IMG/VR virus record: IMGVR_UViG_3300037466_002145
Coordinates: 1-64,000 of that record
Strand: one strand, 5' to 3'
From: an uncultured virus (IMG/VR IMGVR_UViG_3300037466_002145)
Lineage: Duplodnaviria; Heunggongvirae; Uroviricota; Caudoviricetes
DNA: 64,000 nt
Below the pieces are notes generated by a model that ran no database searches, was not told the DNA's origin, and saw only the letters and a program-made list of their open reading frames with translations. A program made the translations under genes and the position numbers. Below, in pieces: positions 51,961 through 62,307 of the stretch (position 1 is the stretch's first letter; the number at the start of each line of letters is the position of its first letter).

Positions 51961-52210
51961 CGTACTTAAGGTAACTTGATTTCTACTTATGGGTTATTTA
52001 TGGATCAGGAGAAGCCGAAGGCTTCGACAACCGCGAAGCGGTTCCAAGCGGTACTTAAGTTCACTTAAGTCCAACTTAAGGTACCTTGGGGCAGGAAGCT
52101 AACGCTTCCTAAGCCTACGCTAACGCTTCGGCTGGATTCAGTAAGGAATACCTAAGTGATAAGGTAATTACCAAACCACTTAAGTCGCCAATCACTAAAG
52201 GATTGGCATT
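51961..52210. repeat. non-coding tract with ACTTAAG repeats and GAA mini-hairpins
   Basis: ACTTAAG at 51964, 52053, 52063, 52074, 52178; GAAGCC-GAA-GGCTTC; AACCGC-GAA-GCGGTT. Confidence 0.65.
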
Positions 52211-52239
52211 AGGCTAAGGAATGGGGAATCAAGAATCTA

Positions 52240-52269
52240 ATTATACACCCCTCTGAAATACCTTGTCAA
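52240..52269 (-). promoter_or_regulatory. consensus sigma70 promoter
   Basis: TTGACA-18 nt-TATAAT with TG immediately before the -10 box. Confidence 0.8.
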
Positions 52270-52686
52270 GTAAAAAATAGACATTTCAAGGTATTATTTC
52301 AGATTTTTTATGATTTTTTCATCATTCGATATGTCAAATGCCCTTCGACTGAATTTCCAAGCGGCGTCGGCATTTATTTTGACTGACGAAAACGCCATAA
52401 CGCCTTTCAATACGAAATAATTGGCATCGAAATAGTAATCTCCTTCATCGGCCCCCATGTGTTTCTTGACATTGGTGACAACAATATATGCCTTGTATTT
52501 GTAATCGTCGGCCTCGGCATTCTCGATAATGAAAGGAAATCGATATGGCGCGCAATCTTCCATGAGGTATTGATAGACTTCATTCTCTTTTTTGACGACA
52601 GCTTCGGGATAGACTTTGACGTGCATTTTTCAGACTCCACGTACAAAAAAAGGTGGTCAATTCCACCTTTTGAAAATTGAATGATA

Positions 52687-52762
52687 TGGAGGGCGGCATG
52701 GGAATCGAACCCATTTTGGTCGGGGTTAAGAGGCCCGTGCATCGCCATTCAGCTTGCCGCCC
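52687..52762 (-). tRNA. tRNA-Lys(CTT)
   Basis: GGGCGGC/GCCGCCC, loop CTCTTAA, T-CCA. Confidence 0.85.
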
Positions 52763-53641
52763 GTTTTGTTTGTCTAAATTCTTTTAATGCGATACAGTAT
52801 ATGTCCATCACGTCACGGCCCAAATGTTCGGCCGCAAATTCTTCAACCAGATGGTCTTCGACGAATTGTAAGTATCTTGTCTCACCGCGAAAACGTCCGC
52901 TGGCGATTTGAGACACCGATGCGACTTGTAGATCGGCCCGTCCTAAGTTCTTGACCATCGGTCGCCATACACTCGGTTCCTTCAAGACAACGAATATTGC
53001 ATTGAGTGGAGCCGATTGGATCAAGCGAGTCGTGCGGCCCGTCTGCCTCAGACGTTCACGATAGTCCATATTTCATTCCTTTCATTCTATATTCACAGGA
53101 TCATAGTAAATCCAGGGATCGCTTTTTTCTTTGTACATCAATTCGAGCTTGTTAAAGGCAGGTTCGTTTACGCACATCTTGCGAAAGATATCGAGTGACG
53201 TATCATCGAGCGGCTTGAAGCGCCAAGCAAAGAAACTGGCAAGAGGAATTTCGTATACCTCAAATAGGTCATCATCCTCTTTGCAACGACGTTCCCAATC
53301 CATTGGTACAATCTTGGTGATCGTATACACGTTTCCCGCGTCAATGTAGGGCGGGACGGTAATGGGGATTATGTGATCATCAATGCAGAGTACGCGTTGT
53401 CCAACTTTGAAATCACGCATTATCATCACCGATAAGTAGAACCAATTGCGAGGACATAATATCTAAGAATTGTTCAACAGGAAAGTCAGACGGATAATCA
53501 GCATGGGCCGCTTTAGCTTTTACGACCATATCGTTTAGTCCTGCGATGTGGTCGCAAATTTTAGGACTTCCCTTGCGTAATGTCAGAATTTCTTCAATGA
53601 GATTGGATTCAATTTCTTCCATGATAATATCCTTGAAAAAT

Positions 53642-53727
53642 TGGAAGATCAGGTGGGATTCGAACCCACGTGGGCTTTCGCCAGGAGATTAAAAGTCAAC
53701 TACCATCGGCCACTCGGTCACTGATCT
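53642..53727 (-). tRNA. tRNA with TTT (Lys) anticodon and long variable arm
   Basis: Loop CTTTTAA, GGC-GAAA-GCC arm, two anticodon-stem mismatches, T-CCA. Confidence 0.75.
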
Positions 53728-53876
53728 AAATTTTGTTATCGCTGAATGTGATATAAGAGAAAGGTTTTAGGATCGCAAAAAACGTCGGGAGAAATTACCA
53801 ATACTGGAGTTTGATGAAACTTTATTAGAGCTTCCGCGACTGTTATTTCTATCATTGTAATATATCCATTGGATGT

Positions 53877-53952
53877 TGGAACTGACGGGAGGGATCGAAC
53901 CGCCTTATCGGGAGCCACAATCCCGCGCACTAACCAAATGTGCTACGTCAGC
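53877..53952 (-). tRNA. tRNA-His(GTG) lacking G-1/C73
   Basis: Loop TTGTGGC, T73-CCA. Confidence 0.8.
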
Positions 53953-53954
53953 AT

Positions 53955-54030
53955 TGGTAGTTCCTATAGGGTTCGAACCTATGTCTAACGATTATCGGTC
54001 GTTTGCACTCACCAACTGTGCTAAGGAACC
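53955..54030 (-). tRNA. tRNA-Ile(GAT)
   Basis: Loop CCGATAA, ACCA. Confidence 0.9.
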
Positions 54031-54283
54031 ATTAGAAGGTATTCGCAGATTTTATACTGTCTAATACCGCCTGGGCATCTTCTTTAGAACAATTTCGAGC
54101 TTCCATGATGACTTGAAGAAGTTTGTCGTCGGATGATAGCTTCGGCGGTGAAATGATATTGGCGACGGTATCGGCGGTAGCGGTGTAGGTTTTGATCCCC
54201 AAATCCTTGGTGGATTCTACCCATACCTTGAACGCGTCTTTTACATCAGACATTGTAGTTTCCCTCTTTGCTACAAATGAAAA

Positions 54284-54361
54284 TGGTCAAGGCGACAGGC
54301 ATCGAACCTGCATAAACTCCAGTTCCCAAAACTGGCGCTTCTCCATTTAAGCTACGCCCTG
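54284..54361 (-). tRNA. tRNA-Pro(TGG)
   Basis: C1:G72, loop TTTGGGA, ACCA. Confidence 0.9.
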
Positions 54362-54371
54362 ATAAAAAAAG

Positions 54372-54461
54372 TGGTGGGTAGTAGGCTGAATCGAACACCT
54401 TGCCCATAGGGACCGCGTTTACAGCGCAGTGACAGCACCAGCTATCCTTATTTTACTACCC
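54372..54461 (-). tRNA. tRNA-Tyr(GTA), atypical D region
   Basis: Loop CTGTAAA, variable arm, ACCA. Confidence 0.75.
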
Positions 54462-54473
54462 ATTATTCCTTTG

Positions 54474-54547
54474 CTCGGGAGGTAGGGATCGAACCTACGC
54501 CTTTCAGGGTCAAAGTCTGACTGCCAATACCAACACAGCGCTCCCGA
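54474..54547 (-). tRNA. tRNA-Gln(TTG)-like, no CCA, inside a 20-bp inverted repeat
   Basis: Loop CTTTGAC, GTAGG-TTCGATC-CCTAC, ends G-CAA. Confidence 0.65.
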
Positions 54548-54571
54548 GCAAAGGAATAATTCAGAACGCGA

Positions 54572-54601
54572 ATTATACCCTATTTAGTCAACTTTTGTCA
54601 A
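54572..54601 (-). promoter_or_regulatory. sigma70 promoter with embedded late motif, driving the tRNA cluster
   Basis: TTGACA-18 nt-TATAAT; CTAAATA in the spacer. Confidence 0.7.
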
Positions 54602-55100
54602 GCAAATTATACAAGTATTTCTCGCGATGTAATTCTTTGATGACTAAACTTGCCTTCTTATTGGCGTCTATTTCAACAGGGCGTCTCGGATATACTCCCT
54701 GAAAGAGATTAACATCCTTGTCTTTGTAGAAATATCGCCCATCCTTGTTTATAAGGTCTCCATCAACGAACTGCTTGTAATGAGCAAGTTCGTGGGCAGC
54801 GACAAAAGTCAACCAGTTAGGTTTATAATATCTCAATTTACGCCGCTGGTATTTGTCAAAGGCAGGATATTTATTATCAACTGCTCGACGCGACAGATAA
54901 CCGACATTGACGTAGATACAGGTCGTAGGTTCGTCAATAAAGAACGTTCCCATATAGGCAGGTCGCCACATATCCAGGTTAATCAGCGGACAACTTGATA
55001 AGTTCAAGATACGACAAATTTCGGGAATAGTTTGTCGTAGATGATCAACTTCCTTAGGGTGATTCTGTATAGTTCTTTTTGCAAAAAATTTAACATCCAT
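54588..55100 (-). CDS. HExxH zinc-metallopeptidase-like protein, paralog 4
   Basis: HELAH..Q, EIDA, KELHREKYLY; start reassigned to MDVKF. Confidence 0.7.
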   Translation of the reverse strand: MDVKFFAKRTIQNHPKEVDHLRQTIPEICRILNLSSCPLINLDMWRPAYMGTFFIDEPTTCIYVNVGYLSRRAVDNKYPAFDKYQRRKLRYYKPNWLTFVAAHELAHYKQFVDGDLINKDGRYFYKDKDVNLFQGVYPRRPVEIDANKKASLVIKELHREKYLYNLLDKS

Positions 55101-55617
55101 ACAAATATTTCTCCCGATGCAATTCCTTGATGACATATCTTGCCCAGCTATTCGCGTCGCGTTCCTGCGGCAGATCATGGTGGGATCGCGGATAGGTTTT
55201 TTGAGTTTGCGTTTCCAGTATTGGTTGCAGTTTGCCTTTCCAAATGGAACGACTCTGACCATCCATCAACACATTAGTTAGATCGCCGTCGCAGTATTGT
55301 TTCCAGTGGGCAAGTTCATGCGCCAGCGTATGGATGAACAAATCTGGTTTGTATGGCCGCAAGACCCGTCGTTCCCGCTTCCACCACGGCCAATCGACAT
55401 TATGTGCCCGTTGGATATTATGGATATCGATATGGATGAAGTGTGTATCGTGAACGAAGGCCCCCAGATAATAGTAGGTGTCTTGAAACTTTACACGTAA
55501 GGGTAAGGGACAATCGATCATCTTACAAATTCTTGGTATTTGTTTGATTAAGCTATGGATGGTTGCCCGATCATTATCCGAGTAGTAATTTGCGATATGA
55601 TAGTTTTCAAACTGCAT
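55090..55617 (-). CDS. HExxH zinc-metallopeptidase-like protein, paralog 3
   Basis: HELAH..Q, ERDA, KELHREKYLY; start at MQFEN. Confidence 0.7.
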   Translation of the reverse strand: MQFENYHIANYYSDNDRATIHSLIKQIPRICKMIDCPLPLRVKFQDTYYYLGAFVHDTHFIHIDIHNIQRAHNVDWPWWKRERRVLRPYKPDLFIHTLAHELAHWKQYCDGDLTNVLMDGQSRSIWKGKLQPILETQTQKTYPRSHHDLPQERDANSWARYVIKELHREKYLYGC

Positions 55618-55628
55618 TATCAAATCCC

Positions 55629-56150
55629 TCAGTACAGATACTTTTCGCGATGGAGTTCCTTGGTGACGTAGGTCGCCCAACTATGGGCGTCCCTTTCGGG
55701 GGGTAACGCGTGATAACGCGGATTGGATACATCATATCGTTTGACTTCCTTGCCGCGCCAGTAATGTTTCCATCTACACTTGACGATGTTACTCACGAGA
55801 ATCTTGTCTATGCGTGCCTGCCGATAGTGCCCAAGTTCATGGGCCAATATGAAGATGAACGTGTCGAATTTGTAAGGCTTCAGGTCGCGGACTTTACGTC
55901 GCCAAAATCCGTCTCCTTTCCCATAATCAAAATGGGCTAATATTTTTCGAACACAGATTGTTATCTTGGGGCCATAATAATCTTGATAACACCCAAAACC
56001 CCCATTTTCTTCGAAGGTAATAAGAGGGGGATTTGTAATACCCATAATTCGACAGATTTTTCGAACTTTTTTTGAAGTTCGTCTGATAATTTTCATTTCA
56101 TAATCAGAGTATTGATCAGTAGGATGACAAATCTCAATATCAACTTTCAC
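55629..56150 (-). CDS. HExxH zinc-metallopeptidase-like protein, paralog 2
   Basis: HELGH..Q, ERDA, KELHREKYLY; probable GTG start. Confidence 0.7.
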   Translation of the reverse strand: MKVDIEICHPTDQYSDYEMKIIRRTSKKVRKICRIMGITNPPLITFEENGGFGCYQDYYGPKITICVRKILAHFDYGKGDGFWRRKVRDLKPYKFDTFIFILAHELGHYRQARIDKILVSNIVKCRWKHYWRGKEVKRYDVSNPRYHALPPERDAHSWATYVTKELHREKYLY

Positions 56151-56722
56151 TGTAGTCCCCGTATGTGCAACCCTGATATAACCTTTATTGCCTCGGAATT
56201 GGCGTCTATTTCCCATGGTTTCTCATAGTGAGACCCCCATGGATGGTAGCGACTGTATTCTTTTCCCTCGAATACATGAGCTTCCACCATTTTGAATTGG
56301 GCAAGCATACCACTCGCATAGACTCTATCGATTAGTCGCCCCTCCAGATATTGCTTGAGGTGCGCCATTTCGTGGGCCAGCGTGTAGACGTGCCAGTCGA
56401 AGTTTGGAGGGAGCAACGGCGCGACGGTCTCGGTCCAGTACGAACCTGTTGACGGTTCGTCCATACTGATTTGGATATAGTTGTCCGTTGGATTGTAGTA
56501 AGCACCTTCCCAGATGTAAAAGAGGGGATTGTGGTCGAAATTCTTGCGAATCCAAATATCGCATTTAGTATTGATTGGGATGTTCAGAATTTCACAGATG
56601 TGAGGTAGAAGGCGTTTGTACTTCTTGGCGAGTTTTCGTTTGGTCCGATAATGAAACCATTCGCCAAAAACATTTCTTAAATTCGGATACTGAAAATACG
56701 CATGACAAATACGAACGCGCAT
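56147..56722 (-). CDS. HExxH zinc-metallopeptidase-like protein, paralog 1
   Basis: HEMAH.KQ, PWEIDA. Confidence 0.7.
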   Translation of the reverse strand: MRVRICHAYFQYPNLRNVFGEWFHYRTKRKLAKKYKRLLPHICEILNIPINTKCDIWIRKNFDHNPLFYIWEGAYYNPTDNYIQISMDEPSTGSYWTETVAPLLPPNFDWHVYTLAHEMAHLKQYLEGRLIDRVYASGMLAQFKMVEAHVFEGKEYSRYHPWGSHYEKPWEIDANSEAIKVISGLHIRGLQ

Positions 56723-57363
56723 GATTACCACCAGTAGATGTGAGGTCGATAGTCCAATTCAAACAGGGCTTCGTCGGGATCGAGTTCGCCCTTGATGATT
56801 TTGCGTGCAAGAAGTTTATCGCGCATCCGCTTCGGGCGCGTTTCTACAAGGTTGGTCCACCAACCAGGATTGCGATTGTAAGAAATGTTCCACCAGTTAT
56901 CGACGTCGCGTCGGCGATGGGGGTGTTTTTCGAGAAAGGCAAGCGCCTCGGGATCGGGGTCCCGATAGAGACGCCAATAATATGCGCCCTCTCGGTGTTC
57001 CCCAATATCGTAAGAACGAATTTCGGGAAGCCAATCGGTCTTGTGGCCGCGGGAAGTGCGGCGATAGGTTTTAGACATTAGGTTACTCGGTTGTTGTTTC
57101 TTATAACCTCATGTTATTCTCCTTTGATTTTAAAATGGGGATTTGTCAGTTGACATATTTAACGACGTGAGACGGGGTACGATTTTTGTATTCGATCAAC
57201 CATCGTTCCGCCGCTTCTAATGTGAATTCGTATTTGATCGGCATATAACCAAGAAGTATCCCTTGGTATTGTTCAACAAAGTACCCGTGTCGTTCGGCAT
57301 CCCAAGAGATTCTGTATTTTGGCTTGAACCCGAACCATGGCATACTAATTTTCCTAATTGAAA

Positions 57364-57439
57364 TGGTACCCAAAGCAGGAATCGAACCTACTACATTCGC
57401 CATGTCGAGACGACGTTCTAACCAATGAACTATTTGGGT
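57364..57439 (-). tRNA. tRNA-Val(GAC)
   Basis: Loop TCGACAT, ACCA. Confidence 0.85.
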
Positions 57440-57741
57440 TTTCGAAAGAACTTCTTTAGGGGACGGATTACAAATTCATCCGCGGCAATCCAGGCGACAC
57501 ACCCCACGAATAGGATCAGTAGTATGCTCAGAGGGAAGACGAGTTCCCACATCATCTTGCCGATGAAATAGTCTTGCCACGTCATTTCCCTACCTCGATG
57601 ACTGCGTTCTTACTAAAGCATTGGTGAATTTGCCAATTGTAGACGCCATTCTTGTCTTTGCATTCTTGCGCGTTTTCATCATAGCAACCGCAAAGTAGTA
57701 GGCATATTACAATTACAAATCTCATGTGTATCTTTCGTATA

Positions 57742-57827
57742 TGGCGGAAAATGCTGTACTTGAAACAGACTCCTTGCGGAGCGCATCCTTTAGCAGGGGA
57801 GCCCGCCACCTTGGCGATTCACTTTCC
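57742..57827 (-). tRNA. tRNA-Ser(GCT)
   Basis: Loop CTGCTAA, long variable arm, G73-CCA. Confidence 0.8.
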
Positions 57828-58869
57828 TAATTTGTCGATTAATTTCGTGCAGAATTCGGTTTGTTGCGAATTGAGGGAACACGTAAGAACGGCATCTTGA
57901 TAAGGTTTTTTCATATACTGTTCGGCTGCGCTTCCCAAGAATAAGAAAATAACGAATGCCAATATAAATCCACCGATTAATAAAATGTCGGTATGATCTT
58001 CATTCCACATCATGCACCTATACAGGTTTATATATCTTGTCGTTCAGTGTTGTTCTCACATCGCCACTTATTCAAAATGAAGTTGGGATGTTGATCCTTC
58101 CATTTATTGATAACGATTTGGCCGTTCATCACGCATTGGGCGGGAGTGACTCCTTCAATCGGTTTGTCAATCGTAATCGGTTGATCCACCGAACCATAAG
58201 GCGTGTATTCTGGTTGAAAAATTTCTTTGAACTCTCGGCATGTCCCGTTCTGTAGGGCGGGCGACGAATTGTCGATAGGTCCCGAAAAAAGAATGGAGCA
58301 CGCTGTTATAACCACAGCGATAGCTGGCATTTGTTTATCCTGAAATTGATGTTAAACTCCGACGATTGGCAAGTTCTTTTGCTTTCAATTGCTTTTCGTC
58401 CATACAGGCACCGACATGCTGGACATACCAAAGACCTTCTTCGCCTTTGAGTTCAACACGCGCGCCCTGTTTGGCACCTTTTTCTTCAATCCAAGCCACT
58501 AAGACAGCCGTGCCTTTGGGGTTCTCGGATTCCTGAAGCATTCTGCACTGGTAGTATTTCATTGGACTATTTATACCATAAAATGGACGGAAAAAGTAGT
58601 GTAAGAAAGACACTACCTATCGATCTTGCGCATTACAAAATTGTCTGACTTGGGAAAGTATTTGATCAAGTAAGTTAGGGCTACACCACCAGCTTCATTG
58701 AAGACTGAAATGGTTTCCCACTTGGCTACTTCTTCCTTGGACAGAGCCCCCGCCCGATAGATGGCCTTGGCTTCGCCAAGTAGGACGCCGATGGTTTCGC
58801 GTAGAGGACTTTCATGACTCATTAAGTCATGAAGGTAGTCCTTATAGCCTTCAATATCGATTGTTTTAG

Positions 58870-59469
58870 TCATGCACCATTGATCTTTCGGAGAACACTT
58901 TGTCGTATTTTTTCTTTTTCAGCTTCGGTGCGAGGTTTACCTTTGTTCCAAGGAGTTTTGCCGCTATTAGCGGTGCCTATACGTTTTTTTGATTCTTCTG
59001 AATGAGTTTTATTTTTGAACGTTCCATTGGGGAATTTTTTTCGCAAACTTGCTGTTCGCTTGGCACTTTGCTTCTTGTAAAATTCTTTTCCATCACTGGA
59101 ATTTTTCCATTTTTGGAAACCAGCTTTACGGGCGTCAATACCACGTTCATACATATACTTGGCTTTTTCTGGCGACATACCTAAACCAAGACGATTGATA
59201 TATCCAAAGCCACCCTTGCCACCTGGACATAGGTTGTAGGTATCTTCTGATATGACGACTAATTCTTTTTCTTTAGCATTCATTTCGTCTTCATTATCGA
59301 AGATGTGTAGAATCTCTTTGTGAAAATTTTCTATACCGTATTTTTCAATTGCTCGTGTGATAAGAATACCTGAACCCATGTAGCCATCATTCAGGTCTTC
59401 TGTTTGATGTTTACCGATATAGTATTTGAAATTGATTTTATTGGTAATACGATAGATAGTGTAGTACAA
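58870..59469 (-). CDS. GIY-YIG (Seg-like) homing endonuclease with NUMOD3
   Basis: YTIY.ITN..N.K.YIG.H...DGYMGSG...KYG.ENF.KE, YNL..GG.GG. Confidence 0.88.
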   Translation of the reverse strand: MYYTIYRITNKINFKYYIGKHQTEDLNDGYMGSGILITRAIEKYGIENFHKEILHIFDNEDEMNAKEKELVVISEDTYNLCPGGKGGFGYINRLGLGMSPEKAKYMYERGIDARKAGFQKWKNSSDGKEFYKKQSAKRTASLRKKFPNGTFKNKTHSEESKKRIGTANSGKTPWNKGKPRTEAEKEKIRQSVLRKINGA

Positions 59470-59534
59470 TGATACTCTACAGTTGTTCTAATAGGTCTTA
59501 CGATATGCCTATTTAGACAACTGTAGAGCTTATG

Positions 59535-59616
59535 CGGAGCCCAAAGGAATCGAACCCTCAACCTTTCGGTTGGCAATCGCTTTCAAGGCGATCTGTCCCC
59601 ATGGACGCTGGACTCC
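59535..59616 (-). tRNA. tRNA-Ser(TGA), CCA not encoded
   Basis: Loop CTTGAAA, long variable arm, ends G-CAT. Confidence 0.8.
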
Positions 59617-59821
59617 AGCTTTGTTTATTTAGATATGCCTAATGCAGCGTCTATCATTTCTTGCCAGATGGATTCAAAAGTTGTGCCGCGTTCTGTAGCA
59701 GCTTCGATCATATCAGGCGTTGGATCACGCATCGCTTCAAGAACTTTGCGGGCAATCCATATAGGTTCACCCACAAATCTTGTGTCATGAATGACTTGTT
59801 GAAGACGCGCTTTCATTGGTG

Positions 59822-60052
59822 TCATTTGTATGTTCCGTATCGACCGATGTATCCAGGGTGTTCTTTACAGTACGTGATGGATTCTTTAATCTGTGCGTCA
59901 GATATGTGCGGAAAACATTCCCTGACTTCTTCGATACCGTGGCGTTCATAGAGCTTGGCCACGTCGTAGGGTTCGACGCGCGTCCCTTTGATGGTCGGTC
60001 TACCACCACACAACCCTGGAATTTCAACGATCATTGATTTCATCCTGGCCAC
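59822..60052 (-). other.  Confidence 0.
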
Positions 60053-60974
60053 GGCACAGAGAAGGTGATGTTCCCTACGTCTCCACTGCGATGCATGATA
60101 CCCAAGTATTCCGTGTGTCCCGAATCTTGGCTTGGTTGGATCGAGAGTGTAAATTGGCCAGCGTTAGTGATCCAGACGCGATGCTTTTTGCAGAGTTCGT
60201 TTAGGTCATTCATGAAAGCCAATGCTTGTTCGTCGGTCATTTCGCGACCGCTATTTTCATAGCTTCGGTTTCGAAGTGTTCATAGTATTGGATAGCCGCC
60301 TCTAAGCGAGTCGTATTGACTCCCCCAGCCACCCCAGGTCCCCCAAGACCAGTGTTGTGAACCTTCATAAGGTCAAGCACGGCCCGTGCAGTCTCGATTA
60401 GTAGTCGTGATTCAGGTCCGTTCATTTATTCACCTCTACAAGAAACCCATTACTGACTTTAAGATATCCAGTTTCGATAAGGTCTTCGATAATGGAGTGT
60501 TCGCGCACGGTCCATTCGCCATAATAATTGAGACCATCGAACAAATTGGCATATTGGACTAGTGACTGAACGGCATCCCCAGATACACTCATGCGAATGC
60601 TACTCCCCAACCCATTTTTCCAGGTAGTTTCACGCCTGCGAGGAACGCAATGCGGGCAATGTCCTTATAGAGAACCTTCGCGGCCTCGGGAGCCTCTACG
60701 GCTTCCCACCAAGCTTCGAAATGTTCTTCGGCGGTTCGATTGTCTCTGACCCATTCAGGCATGACTCAAAATCTTTCTCCACAATGCGGGCACACTGTTG
60801 CCAGCGGCGGTTTCTCGATGCCGTAGTCTTCAGGATCAACGTTGTATTTGGATTTGATGTAATTGTAGGGATGGTCGGGATCGTCGCCGTCAAGGGCGTA
60901 ACGATTGACCATCATTTGGCCACGCTTGACCCAAACGGACATTTCAAGGTCTTTGGTCATTCAATATTTTCCCG

Positions 60975-61049
60975 TGGTAGCTCCAGTGGGTTTCGATCCC
61001 ACTTCGCCCGCTTGAAAGGCGGAAATTCTAGCCACTAAACTATGGAGCC
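60975..61049 (-). tRNA. tRNA-Glu(TTC)
   Basis: Loop CTTTCAA, ACCA. Confidence 0.85.
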
Positions 61050-61641
61050 ACTATTCCGAAATACGCGGCAGATATTATAGTATAGTTAAGCGATTTTTTC
61101 AAGCTCTAAATTTTCAGCTTGACACGACTCAAAGACTATGATGTTCTGAAAGGTTATATACCAACCAAGTTTGAAGACCCATGTGCGACGGGCGAACATG
61201 GCGAGGGCCAAATCCCCCTGTGCCCTCTGAAACGCATCGTGAATGCGCGATTCGAGAGTTGACGAATAAACAAGACTGTAGCGATCCAATTAACAAGGCA
61301 CCCTCGATAGTAGTTGACACTGGAGCTATTTAGTAGGTTTCGTAATTAGGTTCGCCAGTCGTCCCCCAATCTTGCGATTCTTGGCAATGTCTTTGATGTG
61401 ATCATACTTGCCGTCATTCAGGTCGGTCTCGATTTGAGCCAAGTTGACGACACCCAATTCTTCCAAAAACTGAAAAGCATTTTGCATTCCGTACAGGATG
61501 CCCTCGATCTTGCCTGCCGAGTAACCCGACTTGCGGCCCTGGTCGTATTGCATCTTCCCGTACTTGGCGAATAAATAGCCAATGGCGGCGAAAATTGCCG
61601 CGAACCAATAATAATTCATTAAACCCCCAAAGGATACTCAG

Positions 61642-62097
61642 TTGACATTGCCCTGGATTACCGAAGCTCAAAAACACTTAGGTATAAAAAAAGATGGATT
61701 GGATGATATGACTATCGTGACGGACGCGAGTTATGACCCCGCGACGCAACCTTGGTCAGGATTGTTCATGGCCTTTGTCTTCGCACAGATCGGCACAGAG
61801 CCGCCGCCGAACTTCTTGGACCCCAAGGCATGGGTAGACTTCGGAACCGCCCTAGATGAACCTGCTATGGGCTCTATCATTGTCCTCGGCCCTGGGACAC
61901 GGGACACCCCCCATGTTGGCATCTATCTCGGGGAAGATGCCAACTACTACTTTCTACTTGGTGGAAATCAGAATGACACAGTTTGTGTCACGCAAGCGCC
62001 AAAGGGGAAGGATGATGTATTCCGCTGGCCGCCCGACTTCGTGAATGCGCTGGTGAAAGGCAGAGTGAATACTACCATAGAAAAAGCAAAACTTTAA
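61642..62097 (+). CDS. TIGR02594-like NlpC/P60 protein with Cys->Ser
   Basis: PWI..A..LG, PW(S)GLF, A..W..FG, HVG, LGGNQ.D.V, RWP. Confidence 0.75.
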   Translation: MTLPWITEAQKHLGIKKDGLDDMTIVTDASYDPATQPWSGLFMAFVFAQIGTEPPPNFLDPKAWVDFGTALDEPAMGSIIVLGPGTRDTPHVGIYLGEDANYYFLLGGNQNDTVCVTQAPKGKDDVFRWPPDFVNALVKGRVNTTIEKAKL

Positions 62098-62218
62098 GCA
62101 AGCGGTATTAACGGTCCCGAATCGAACGGGAGTTTGACAATCGAGTTGCCTGTCTTTCCATTAGACGAATCGTTTCACTTATGATTCGGGTAGCTTTCCC
62201 GTAAGTGACACCGCTTGC
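62098..62218 (-). ncRNA. structured RNA containing an internal tRNA-like domain
   Basis: GCAAGCGGUG/UACCGCUUGC closing helix; D arm GUCU-AAUGGAA-AGAC; T arm UCCCG-UUCGAUU-CGGGA; promoter TTGCAC-17-TAGTAT at 62260-88. Confidence 0.7.
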
Positions 62219-62307
62219 CGTTCCCTAACGATCATGCATAACCGTTTCGGTACTTTAAAATACTACCATAGACAAGGCTAAAGTGCAAGCCTAAAAAGGA
62301 AGGGCAA

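Noticed and set aside
57430-57585. ncRNA in an ORF-track gap
   Set aside because: It encodes a plausible 51-aa membrane peptide (MTWQDYFIGK...) on the minus strand.
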